This document shows positions 52,551-64,000 of a stretch of 64,000 bases of DNA, in pieces. The DNA is from Lytechinus pictus. Lineage: Eukaryota. The DNA lies in contig NC_087246.1 in NCBI RefSeq assembly GCF_037042905.1, positions 28,582,001 through 28,646,000 on the forward strand. The letters are read 5' to 3'. Made by a program: the position numbers and the translations under genes. The notes beneath the pieces are model-generated. The model searched no databases. It saw nothing but the letters and a program-made list of their open reading frames with translations, and had not been told where the DNA came from. The stretch's first letter is position 1. The number at the start of each line of letters is the position of its first letter.

Positions 52551-55500
52551 TAGTTGTAGTAGTAATAGTATTAGTAGCAGTAGTCTAGTAGTCGTAGTAG
52601 TAGTAGGGGTCACTGTAGTAGTCCTAGCAGCAGAAGAAGTAGTAAAAGAAGTAGAAGTAGTACNNNNNNNNNNNNNNNNNNNNNNNNNNNNNNNNNNNNN
52701 NNNNNNNNNNNNNNNNNNNNNNNNNNNNNNNNNNNNNNNNNNNNNNNNNNNNNNNNNNNNNNNNNNNNNNNNNNNNNNNNNNNNNNNNNNNNNNNNNNNN
52801 NNNNNNNNNNNNNNNNNNNNNNNGTAATAGTATAATTATTATCAATGGAAAAGATTGCAAAGTGTATGACAATTGACAATATCAAGGATAAAGATAATGC
52901 AACCACTTCAACGCCCGGGATTGACAAAGTTAACTTAAAAACTATTAAAAACTAAGTATAATATTGAGATCATATAAACGATAAGCATGGAACCCACATA
53001 TCAATGTTCAACTCAAACAATGAATGCATGCAATTTAAACAATTCTTGATCAGTTCATAAATATAGTAAGGCAGGCCGATGATCAATGATTACCCTAAAA
53101 TTGTTTTATTTTTATAGATTTGGGAAGTAGGTCCAAATCCTTGTACTTTTGAAAAATTAGGATGACATTTCAAAATTGTANNNNNNNNNNNNNNNNNNNN
53201 NNNNNNNNNNNNNNNNNNNNNNNNNNNNNNNNNNNNNNNNNNNNNNNNNNNNNNNNNNNNNNNNNNNNNNNNNNNNNNNNNNNNNNNNNNNNNNNNNNNN
53301 NNNNNNNNNNNNNNNNNNNNNNNNNNNNNNNNNNNNNNGAGTTTATATTTAAGATAATAACTCCCCCCCCCAAAAAAAAAACACGGCCTTTTCGAAATAT
53401 AAGGTTGTTTTTTATGTTTACTCAAATCATCTTGATTTGGGGGTAAGACTTCCCCCTCCCTCATTCAAACGGTCAACCATACACATAACATGTATGCTTA
53501 TGGTTGTTCCAGACTCTTAGGGCACTCACTCATCGGCGTGCAATGCATTCTGGACAGAGTAAAGATTACATGACTTTATTGATTAGAATAATTCATAAGA
53601 AATAGACAAAATGTTTGTATATCAAAGAATAAATGATAGAAATAATGCTAATGTTCATACTCTTTCATAGTTAAGGCCATTGAAAGACTAGACTGCATTT
53701 AAAAAAAATCTTATTTCAATTATTACTATCCACAATGCAGTTCTGGTTTTTCTCGCATACCGAAATTATGGTTAGTCTTATTTCAGGACAATAACTTTCG
53801 TCAAATTTTCCAGCCCCTGGTCCCCCTACCTTTGGGGTGAGATTTCCGCCCTTGGAGAAACCCCCATTAAAGATGGGATTGTGTTCTTTTTTTAATCCCA
53901 TATTACAAAGAATCTTACTCCCTATCACAGCTACATGTATGTGGCAAGAATGTTACCAAAATCCACCCCCCTAGGTTTGAGGTTGTTCGATCAAGATTAA
54001 TTAATTACCCCTTCATGAAATATATCTGGGAAAATGCTAAAAGATCCCTATTTCAATTATTTCTAGGATTCTTTTTCTCGGAACTGTGCCCTCTGAATAG
54101 TGGCAGTGACCTTTATAAACCTTCAGCATTATCGGGTACGGATGATTTGAAATTATTACCATGGCTAAGCGCGATCTTATCAATGATTTCACATTTTTTA
54201 AATAGCAAAATTACTTACTTTGAACATGTTGAATCGTGGGTCCTTGAACCATAACCCAAAATGTATTGTACTGTTGTACAAGTGTACCGCTGTATTAGGG
54301 ATGGAAAACACACAATGTTATCAATGTTTTGACATTGCGAAAAAAATCACAATTTAATGACGATGCAATTTGACATTTATTTAGCATTTGACAAAGATAA
54401 TGGAACTCAAAGACTGAGCAACTTCAAGGTACATGGAGCAGATGGAACAGCCCTGCGTGACCCGACACGCAGAGCCGTTGGACTGACGTCTGCCGGCGCC
54501 GACAGTTAGTCGGGAACAGACGTTAGTCCGACAGCCCTGTGCTTGCGTAACTGACAATTTATTTTTTTCCCCAACATCTCAGACTCCGCAACTTTATTTA
54601 CACCGACACACAGGTTTACATATTTAAAACCTCGTCGACCCCGTCCCCTACTCTCTCTGACTTGCTCCNNNNNNNNNNNNNNNNNNNNNNNNNNNNNNNN
54701 NNNNNNNNNNNNNNNNNNNNNNNNNNNNNNNNNNNNNNNNNNNNNNNNNNNNNNNNNNNNNNNNNNNNNNNNNNNNNNNNNNNNNNNNNNNNNNNNNNNN
54801 NNNNNNNNNNNNNNNNNNNNNNCCTATTTCTCTTTCTTTTTCTCTTCCTCTTCTTTCTATTTTCTCTCTTCTTTCTCCTTTTTAAAAACCCCTTTTCTCC
54901 ATTTTTCCCGACGGCAGCGCAGATTTACCGACGATATCCAGGGGTAGTGTGGGGGGGGGGGGGTGTCGCACCCCATCCCCTATAGCGACGCTCCTGCTTC
55001 GACTGCGATCAATTGAAATGAAATGTGTTCACATTTCTATAAACATTAAGTACGGAATTTATACAACGACAGGAAAGTTTTATAAATTACAATATATAAA
55101 AATATTACAGGTAAACTATATATTTTTTACAATTATAATGTAAAACTGGACGTGTGATCGACCGATCTTCATTCCATTTAATCAAATGAAACATTCATTT
55201 ATTTTTTTATATAAATTATACAAATCAATAATACCTCACAAAACAATGAATGCATATACAGTATGTAAATTATGTACAGTATGATATGGAAGAAGGCGCA
55301 AAAGCCCAGAAAGCAGGTGTTTGTGTAGGGATACGCCTGTAAAACTATTGACTAAACAACAAAAGAAAGGGCTGGTATAAGAGAAGAGAGGAGAAGAAAA
55401 ATAGAGAGGCGAGCATATGCACGATATCGGGTCTTGAAAACGGGAAATTTGATAACAACTCTTATCTGAAGTCAGTAGCTAAAGTATAAATCCGATCCGT

Positions 55501-56587
55501 ATTTCTTCATTTATTTCGAACTTGACATTATTTTGCTTTGCAGTAAGATCATATACTCTCTCTTTCTCTCATTCACAGTAACATGGATTTTCTCTCTTTC
55601 TGTTTTTTTTTAAGTACTAGTACAAGCTAAATTATACATTTCTAACTCACACGACCTTGACATCAGACAGTTTGGTTGCAGGTGCATTCCACTTAAATGT
55701 GTTGGTCAGACCTTTGGGGACAGAGTTTTTGTGTGTAAGCGCGTTATTTGATGCCCCATCGCATGACACAGCCTGGAAGTTAGTGGTATCCTCCACGTTC
55801 CAAGTCCCCACAATAGCATCGTCATCTACGTTCCTCATTTGCAAGAAGATTCCTTTAAAAGGATCCGACATAGCATCTGTGGAAATGGAAACTGCAAGAA
55901 GAAAAACCAGGCAACGAGGATCTCTCATAAAAATCGAGTTTACAACAAATTGCAACGACGAAGCAGTTTCGGTCCTAATCGATTATATGTAGCTTTGATA
56001 AAATAGACCTAGATTTGATCTGAAATATGGAAAGTGAATTGTGATTTGCTGACCCCGGGGTAATGAAAAGAACTAGAAATATCTCAAATGAAGTCATTTT
56101 AGTGGAACCCGCTAATTTTCTGTCTCAGCGAAAAACAGTATTCACTTCGCCCTGTTGTAATTTTAGTAAACATATTAAGTCGTTACATTTTATTTTTAAG
56201 ATGTCAAAATTTAATTTAATCATAATTGTGTAACGATGTCAGATTTCATGTTTTCGATTTTGAATGAAAATGTTGTTATTGCTATGGACTTGTTAATAAA
56301 TGTACAAACTACTATAAAAATGTTATTCAGATACAAGTTAATGTAATACCTGTGACTTGTTGACTGGCTGAGAAGGTGTTGACATCTGCCGTTATAGTAT
56401 AGGGAATAGGTTCACTCGAAGAGCCGATATAATGACCGATAGGGATCATTGAGGAGCATATACCAGGGTTGTCGGAGACAGGAGCTCCTGTAGACTTGGC
56501 CTCACAGACCCGCAGGGAAGAAGCTGTCAGTATCGCAATCACGACCAGCCTAAACCCACTCTTCACTAAATTAGCACTCTCCTTCAT
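42665..56587 (-). CDS. Gene D: signal peptide-Reeler-10xEGF-S/T-GPI-signal protein, ~624 aa, 14 exons
   Basis: complement(join(56587..56350,55891..55651,54289..54219,52478..52362,51574..51455,50554..50426,49888..49769,49068..48952,48193..48074,46885..46757,46215..46096,44514..44398,43757..43638,42780..42665)) = 1875 nt, open frame; four N gaps in introns could hide sequence. Confidence 0.8.
43638..43757 (-). CDS. Gene D EGF exon 10
   Basis: [40 protein letters not shown]; 120 nt. Confidence 0.87.
44398..44514 (-). CDS. Gene D EGF exon 9
   Basis: [39 protein letters not shown]; 117 nt. Confidence 0.86.
45493..45623. mobile_element. Harbinger-like MITE
   Basis: ggggccccataacacaaag ... ctttgtgttacgggcccc; related copy at ~21160-21286. 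Confidence 0.65.
46096..46215 (-). CDS. Gene D EGF exon 8 (duplicate of exon 4)
   Basis: Protein identical to EGF exon 4; 120 nt. Confidence 0.8.
46757..46885 (-). CDS. Gene D EGF exon 7 (duplicate of exon 3)
   Basis: Protein identical to EGF exon 3; 129 nt. Confidence 0.8.
48074..48193 (-). CDS. Gene D EGF exon 6 (duplicate of exon 2)
   Basis: Protein identical to EGF exon 2; 120 nt. Confidence 0.8.
48952..49068 (-). CDS. Gene D EGF exon 5 (duplicate of exon 1)
   Basis: [39 protein letters not shown]; 117 nt. Confidence 0.8.
49769..49888 (-). CDS. Gene D EGF exon 4
   Basis: [40 protein letters not shown]; 120 nt. Confidence 0.84.
50426..50554 (-). CDS. Gene D EGF exon 3
   Basis: [43 protein letters not shown]; 129 nt (an in-frame alternative acceptor would start the exon at 50545). 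Confidence 0.84.
51455..51574 (-). CDS. Gene D EGF exon 2
   Basis: [40 protein letters not shown]; 120 nt. Confidence 0.86.
52362..52478 (-). CDS. Gene D EGF exon 1
   Basis: [38 protein letters not shown]; 117 nt. Confidence 0.86.
52500..52663. repeat. (TAT)n/(TAG)n microsatellite running into an assembly gap
   Basis: Visible trinucleotide array. Confidence 0.85.
54219..54289 (-). CDS. Gene D exon: Reeler C-terminal part
   Basis: atacag|C; [23 protein letters not shown]; donor gtaagt. Confidence 0.87.
55651..55891 (-). CDS. Gene D exon: Reeler core
   Basis: ttgcag|TT; FKGIFLQMR...VGTW...[11 protein letters not shown]...FKWNAP; donor gtgagt; 241 nt. Confidence 0.92.
56350..56587 (-). CDS. 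Gene D exon: signal peptide + Reeler N-terminal part
   Basis: [36 protein letters not shown]...CSSMIPIGH...IPY...QQVT; donor gtatta. Confidence 0.87.
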
Positions 56588-57304
56588 GTTTATGATGGGA
56601 TGGCCACTTTACTTCTTACTTTAAAGGGCAGAAGAAAATATCAATTTGGTGTTATTTAATTAGAAACAAAAAAATCTCATTTTGTTAAACCCACACACGA
56701 AGCCGACCGATGGCACATCTTTGAACATAACGTAATAGGTTTGATTGGTCTGGAACATTCTGTTGATGCGACTGCGGCATGCATACACGACGTGTTACCG
56801 TGTTACTGTAGAATTTAATATGCCGTTTGGAGGAAAATCTTCTCTTAACTTATGATATTATACAGGGGCTTTATTGGCCAAATAATTTTGAGAAGCACAT
56901 CATGGTGCATGGCAAAATTTCTAAAAAATTGCGAGCAAACGATTTTTTCCCCACTTCCCCCTCCCCTTCCTGCACGCCAGTAACATAGTAATCGTTAAAT
57001 CGTTTTTGTTGTTTTCATATAACCAAATACAAAGGAAAATTTGAGTGGATTACGTCATCGTTTCCCTAATTGGAATACCGACCAGGATGTGCATATATCT
57101 GTTTTTGTCAAATTAAAGAAACTCTCAAAACAAAGTTACTTTGTTTTCTTAAATCAGATTTTTGATATTGTCAGTGTAACGTTTATTTGATTTTTCTACT
57201 CTGTGGCTTGCCTTTGAAGTGAAATACTAGCTTTCGAAGGATTATAAACTTCGCATCCGTTATATACAGTACGTGAGGCACAGATCATAAAATGCAATTG
57301 GAAT

Positions 57305-57524
57305 CACGGGCGGATCCAGGATTTTCCAACAAAAGGGATGGGGCACATTTCACATCTTCCCGAGAAAAAAAAATTGACAAGCAAAAATAAAGGTCTTCTC
57401 TTTCAAAGGGGGGGTGGGGCACACTTTTGTTTTAACGGCATTTTTACATTACAAGATTGTGCCTCTCAACGGGGAGGGGGGGGGGGGCACGGGCCGGTTG
57501 TGCCCCCACCCGGATCCGCCAGTG
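57305..57524. mobile_element. hAT-like GGCGGATCC MITE
   Basis: cacgggcggatcc ... ggatccgccagtg with a perfect 8-bp TSD, ATTGGAAT. Confidence 0.8.
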
Positions 57525-57745
57525 ATTGGAATAATGAAGTGTTGCTGATAGTATAGACCTTCATAAATCATTTTATTAATCGGTCACTAAGTGAAAGATG
57601 CCAGAAATGTTTTTTTTTTAATTGTTAATCAAGAATAGACAAAATCAATTTTAATTACTTGGGTAAATAATCTTAAAGGTTATCGTTGATTAAGTAATGT
57701 AAAAAGCTTAACCACCTAATCGACAACTTTGAGAATGAAACTAAC

Positions 57746-57801
57746 CTTTATTATGCGATTCCTTCCTGGTAATCTCCGAAGTGAAGACAATAAACTTTAT
57801 A
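57746..57801 (-). promoter_or_regulatory. Gene D putative TATA box and short non-coding first exon
   Basis: TATAAAG at 57801-57795 (minus), donor AAG|GTTAGT at 57746/57745, candidate acceptor ctttaaag at 56619 upstream of the ATG. Confidence 0.4.
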
Positions 57802-59259
57802 TGCCCAACGGAGATATGAATTATGCAGTATAAAATTGATACATTTTATATAAATAATATATTCCTAAATACCAAAACCAATATGCTGCAAATACTGCGA
57901 TGAGGAATAGTGTTGAAGATATTTCTACGTACAAGACCATTTCATTTTTTTTTTAATTGATCAGATTTTGTTTAAATGCGATCAAGATAAAATGAATGAG
58001 TTGAGTAATTTATTCCAGACTACTCTGTTTGACTAATAATAACAACCCCTTTAATGCGAAAAGAGGATAAATTCATGATATTTGATAATTCAAAAAATCA
58101 AAAAATAAAGACTAGTGGCTTGAAAAAGAGATAATGACTAGCCGCGCCGTCTGCCATGTCTGCGAAACCTGTGAAATTCGTTACCTCCTTTCTCTGGCTA
58201 TCTCATCTGCAAGGTCATTGTTTCTATTACTTTTCTGTTATTTTACTGAATATATTGTGATTTCATTTATGGGCCATTGGAGATTTTTTTCTCATTTGAA
58301 TGGCCATTATAAGCTTCCACTTACATAGTGGAGACTAAATTATATAGAGCGCCCAATATACGAAATAACATTCGTAATGCATATTTCAAATAAATTGTAA
58401 ACCTAATAAAGATACTTTTGACGAAAAGAAAACTTTTCACCATATTGAATAAGGGAAGGGGTTTCTTACTTTTGATGAACATATGCCTCAAGATTGCACA
58501 CAATGTCAATGAAAGAGACAATCAAACTTTTAACGAAATTTAATGTTTAAAGTCTTATGGAGGTTTTGTTTAATTCTGCTTTGTGTTTTTTTAATGATAC
58601 TTTACAAATGGCTCCAGAGTGACACTAACAATTTAATTCAATTCTTACAGGAACACACGACAAAATAATCATAATATTAACACACGCCAAAATAATTATC
58701 AGATTATATCAGCAAATTTTGCTTAGTGCTCATTCAACGGTGAAATTTAAAGTGAGGGTTGTTTCGCATTATAGAAAGTTCATTTTCTAAGCCTCTGAAC
58801 ATGCCTCATATTTGGAAATCTGAAATTCGTTCTTATAAAATGGAACCAAAGTCATGGTTTTATGCTTGTCACTTTGCCTTCTGACTGTGCTCAGTGTAGT
58901 TTCCCGTGATATTCACTTAGAAGGTATAGCTTTTTAAACATTTCCTTCACGCATATGTACTACAATTAAGATTAAAGCAGCCAATTTCAATGCAAGATTA
59001 ATTCATTAGAAAGATCGGGAGAAAGTGAAGTGTAAAGCGAACGTAGTATAGGGAGATGTTGGATTTGTTTCCATTTCTTTATTTTCTAATTCAATCATTA
59101 ATTATTCATAATATTTATTTTGTTTGTTTGTACTTGTTCATGTCAATCTTCAATCTCGTGATTTCATGTATTTCTGAAAGAATTTTCATTTGAAAATCCT
59201 TCCCTTAATCTTTAACAAGATGTTCATGAATAAACCTATAGTCATAGTAGTTGTGTACC

Positions 59260-59696
59260 GCATACATGTACATTCGTAATTCCGAAGGTTCGTTATTCCG
59301 AAGGTTCGGACATTCCGAAGGTTCGTTATTCCGAAGGTTCGTATTTCCGAAGGTTCGTAATTTCGAAGGTTCGTTAGTCCGAAAACGAAGTGAGGTTCGT
59401 AATTCCGAAGGTTCGTTAGTCCGAAAACGAAATGATTAACGAACCTTATTTCATTTTCGGACTAACGAACCTTCGGAATAACGAACCTTATTTTGTTTTC
59501 AGATTAACGAACCTTCAGAACAACGAACCTTATTTCGTTTTCGGATTATCGAACCTTCGGAATACCGAACCTTCGGAATAACGCCACAAATGTTCGGATT
59601 AACGAACCCTTTAAAGTTTTCGGATTAACGAACATCGAGGTATAGGCAATTTAGGTGTTTCGGAATTACGAACCTTCGGAATTACGAAGTGTAACC
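59260..59696. mobile_element. Foldback (MULE-like) MITE built from TTCCGAAGGTTCG repeats
   Basis: Direct repeats on the left and their inverse (CGAACCTTCGGAA) on the right; flanked by duplicated GTTGTGTACC. Confidence 0.8.
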
Positions 59697-62600
59697 GTTG
59701 TGTACCATCCCCGAGACTTTCGATGCTTTGTGCTATTAACCGGTAAAAGGGCCAGGGAGTACCAATACAACGTAGGACGCAGGCATTTCCAGCTTTGTAA
59801 TTGAACTTAAAACGGCATGATTCACTCGTTTATAAATAATTCTCATCAGAAAACATGATCATGAACAGGCCTATAGTTGTGTATAATCCCTTATATACTT
59901 CCGATGAAGCCTTGTGCTATTAATCGGTAAAGGGGGAGCGCCAATTCTCCGTAAAGCACCGGCCTTTCCATGCACCTTATGTAATTGTAGGCCTACTTAA
60001 AACGGTGTAAATCACTTTTTTAAAATTACTCATTAATCACTCACTAATTACTCATCAAAAAAAGATTAAGAGATATATGACACATAGTCTTCACAAACGA
60101 TATATATCCAGCCATTTGGCATGGCGAACTCCAAAAGAGGGAGCGTAAATGTACTTCTAAACGTAAAAACCCTAAGCTACTCCCTTATCATAAGAGGGAC
60201 CTTTGGGGTGAACTGTACATCCTTGCATTATAGCTCCTTCCGGAGTGAACTCTGCATTTTAAAGACATATCAACTCCCCAAAAGGGTACAAATATGGAAA
60301 CACTTTGACACCCCAATTTTTTTTATAAAAAAAAATAATTTAAGATAATTTACATGCCATTATAATAAGCCAGTTCACGGTTAGCTCATGATCAACTTTT
60401 CTCCAATGACCTTTGTGATTTTTCATTAGGATAAGCACTATCTATTTCAAATGTAGATGTTGCGTAAGCTTTACTGGTAGAGTATTCAAATTCTAAGAAC
60501 AAAAGGCATTGTATAGTCCAGGTGACTAGAATAGTACATCAGGGATAAAGTTTGGAAATCTGTTTTATTGTCTGCCTTTGGCACATTTGACTATTGTTTA
60601 GGCTACTGTCAAATACCAGTGATTATGAAGGCTCTATTTATTACTCTTCAGCTTGGATGTGATAAATATTTTGAAAGGAATACATGAATAATCATCAAAT
60701 CACAAATGCCTATGTCAGTGAATTTGAAAGCCACCTTCATGGTTGTCTCCAATGACCTTTTTCTGCTCGTGCGCAGTTTACAACCGTGAACAGGCTTATT
60801 GATTTCAGTTGCCAACTTCTTATTTAAGCCTTTCTTAAAGTCGTATGTATAGGCCTAACTTTAACGAAAGTGTCTGTGAAACACCCCTCTACAATTTGGA
60901 CCATTATATCTTCTCTGTGTCTTTTTGTTTTGGTTCCACACCTCGACTAGGAAGAAATGACATTGGCGGACGTGCACGAAGTGTCATCTTCCCATCGTTA
61001 GTTTAAATGTTGAAAGCATAGTTGACAAGGATAACAATTGCAAAGAAAAACAAATTGGTTAGTCTCCCCATTGTGACAATAGCAACAGTGATTTATACAG
61101 AAACAGTCATTATAACAAAGAAGTCTCTTTTGTATTATAGGCCTACGTCAGGTCGAGTTTCTTTTTTTTTAGAGGCATAGTCTACAGTTTTGATTTTCAT
61201 TTTCATTGACACTTGATCTATCTAAACACATAACGCACATATAAAGAAAACAAGTCTTTTTTATTTAAAGGTGGGGGGGGGGGTGGTGGTTGTATCGACG
61301 TTAAATTCGTATTCCCTGTAATAACCTCATAAACTGTTCACAAGAAAAGTTTTACTCTGGAAAATAGCGCTCTTGAATTGAATAGAAGTTGCTCGTAAAA
61401 ACTTTACGCTCACTCGCAAGTGTAAACACCTGAGAAGCTGAGAAACAACACACACATAATTGCCAAATTTGTTTCCCTCATTGCGAAACGAAATCGCAGG
61501 CCATACCACGGCGGATATTCGGATAATGTGTTTTATTTTCGCATGGTTTCAAAGCTCTCTTGCATGTTTAAACCATGCTTTCAGGGGGCAGGGGTCGAGA
61601 AGTCGAGCTCATATAATATATACACCGTCCTCAGCTGCCTATATTGATTAGACTCCCACCTTCTCGCAGCCTTCGATATGCAATTTCCATTGTATCGAAT
61701 CTACCATCCTCACATAATTTTTTCAGCCCAAATAGGCCCCAATACATACATGTAGGCGCCTTTTTGGGTTTGAAAAATATGTATATTTCAAAGTGGCTGA
61801 AATATAGAAATATTAACAAAACAAAAATGAACATTAGTAATTCCCTTTCTTGTCATGGCCTTGTCATGTTGATGTTATTACTTTTGGGGAACGTTTCATG
61901 AAAGGACTTGTCAGACGTTTTATTTGACAATTGTAACAGTGCCTCTCAGCCGATCAGAATCAAGGAAAGTTGTCAGAACTGACAACTTGTCAGACAAAAA
62001 TGTTGATGAAACACTCCCCAGATATAAAGCAGAGTTCATATTCACGAGTGTTTTTCATGAGCATTACGTATTAAGATGGCGGGGAATCAGAGCCTTCTCA
62101 TGTATAATACATCTATGCCCACATTATCTGGTGGAACTACCATGCACTGCTGGAGTTAACAAGTGTTCTTTTTACCAGGCAAAATGTTATTGTCATAATT
62201 GTTCACATTCATACTGTTCAGCACGGATAATTATCTTTTTTTTCTATTCCACAAAAATATTTCAGGCAATTGTTCATCCTCTCCCCTTCTAGTTCAGATT
62301 GAAAAGGTATATTTTAAGCTTTGTCCTTTTTCACGCAAGAATAATCCGCTTGAAACCGATTTTCTACGTCAGCGCTGGTAATCAATTAAGAAGTCATTAC
62401 AAAATGATAAAAGGGTGTTTTCGCTCCAAGACTCACCACGAATTCAGGAACATAGAAAATGTATTGCCAAATGCCCTTCATGATCACAATGAACGTCCAA
62501 GAAGTATTTGTCGAAAATTGGTGAATCAAATCAGCAGTTTTGTCCTGGACTCTGGACAAACGACATATATTTGCAATTTTTCGTCAGCAGGACGATACTG

Positions 62601-62914
62601 CTGTCTAGGTTCACCAATTTTCGACAAAAACCTCCCAGCTGTTCTTTGTCATTTGGCGGGCGTTTTCAATGCATTTACTCTGTTCTTGAATCCGTTGTGC
62701 GTCGGTGCGAAAAGTCCCTAATACCTAGACCGACGTGGGCCAGCTAACTGATGTGCACAATATATGCAAAAGCATTGCTTATTATGGCCGGATATACTAA
62801 TATAATAATAGCAGGGCCCGCTGGGAGAACAGTTTTCGGAACTGAAGTGGCTACCCTGGGTAAATATGCCGATATTATTATTATTATTATTATTATTATT
62901 ACTCCAAAATAACT

Positions 62915-63088
62915 GGTGGGTGTTTCGTAAAGTTGTTCGTAAGATAAGAGCGACTTTGAGAACGACTGGTGATCCTTTCTTTTGGTAAATGGTATACACC
63001 ATTGGCGATGGTTTAGCTCGTAAGAAAGGTTCACTAGTCGTTCTTAAAGTAGCTCTTAACTTACGAACAGCTTTATGAAACGGCCCCC
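62915..63088. mobile_element. Harbinger-like MITE
   Basis: ggtgggtgtttcgtaaag ... ctttatgaaacggccccc; same family as 27567-27709. Confidence 0.6.
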
Positions 63089-64000
63089 TGTTCTCTTTAA
63101 TGCAATATGAGTTTTTTGTTAAAGATGAGGAAATGGTTGTGTACATGCAAAGGTCCCGCCATCACATTCACGCTTCAATGGAGGAGAAACACATAATTAC
63201 ATGTAGGTTTTGTTGGCTCCAAAGTCTCCGAGGAAAAATGCCGCAAAATCATTGGACATACGAAAACCAATTATTTGATTCAATGTACAATGACTGCATG
63301 ATCTGCATCAAACTTCCTCCCTTTGAAAAAAAAATCTTTAAACATACTTGTTCATTTTGAAGCATTTATTAAAGGTTTTATATCAAATCTATGAGATTAT
63401 TGTTCATTTGCAGAATTATAGTACATTAACAGTTCAACCCAAACAAAGCCATGCCATTTTACTGTATTGCCTGAGGGTATGTGAGCTTTACTCTACAAAA
63501 TTCGTAAACAATAGAGGCACAATGAGCGGTACCTGATGGTACAATTGTCTTCGTCGTCAATTTTACTCTGACTGGTATACTTCTCCGACTGCCGTCAGCC
63601 ATCTTTATCTTAAAGACTACCGGGTGCTCCGGCAATATATATTATGATCAAGAAAACTTTGATCTTCGGCACTCAACATTGAAGAGATATTTCAATCCCT
63701 CATTATCATAATCACCATTGTCATCCCCATCATCTTCATCATGATCATCGTAGTCGTCATCATAATCACACTCACAATCATCATCGTCATCACCACCCCG
63801 ACATGGTCATCGCGACTATCACTATGCCATCATATTGAGAAAACAATATTCAAGGGGATGGGGAATTCGAATATCCTACTAATTATTAAATACATACAAT
63901 GCTGTATGTAGGCCTAGAATCATTGCAATCATTTCCTCTCCTCGTCATCATAATAATCCCCATCATCATCATCATCATCAGACATTAGTATCATTACCAT

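Larger units (their letters stand above)
45679..52863. repeat. Tandem duplication of a four-EGF-exon block (45679-49362 and 49359-52863)
   Basis: Exons and introns are near-identical between copies; junction at AAGT, 49359-49362. Confidence 0.88.
49089..54822. other. Four assembly gaps (49089-49304, 52664-52823, 53181-53338, 54669-54822)
   Basis: Runs of N. Confidence 0.99.

Noticed and set aside
59260-59696. CRISPR-like repeat array
   Set aside because: No unique spacers; the repeats invert at the midpoint and are flanked by a TSD, so this is a foldback MITE in a eukaryotic genome.
63532-63601. Possible minus-strand exon MADGSRRSIPVRVKLTTKTIVPS
   Set aside because: Weak donor (gtaccg), no recognisable domain and no partner exons.

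Overview
This is AT-rich, intron-rich animal genomic DNA; the repeat content suggests a sea urchin (inference). Most of the window (about 8.4-57.8 kb) is a tandem cluster of four paralogous minus-strand genes, reconstructed here exon by exon from GT-AG sites and reading phase. Each encodes a signal peptide and a Reeler domain split over the same three exons. Three genes continue with single-exon EGF-like repeats and a homologous Ser/Thr-rich, GPI-signal-like last exon. In transcription order the EGF counts are: gene D 10, gene C 8 (plus one dead EGF exon), gene B 2, gene A 0. Gene A appears secreted, with a relic anchor signal behind its stop codon. The EGF stalks show recent change: four ~600-bp exon+intron units in gene C and a ~3.5-3.7-kb four-exon tandem duplication in gene D. 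The rest is transposon-derived: a Helentron/HINE-like element, Kolobok-, hAT-, Harbinger- and MULE-like non-autonomous elements, L2/CR1-group LINE fragments, a tRNA-derived SINE and microsatellites. Four N gaps lie inside gene D introns. All gene models are manual and have no transcript support.
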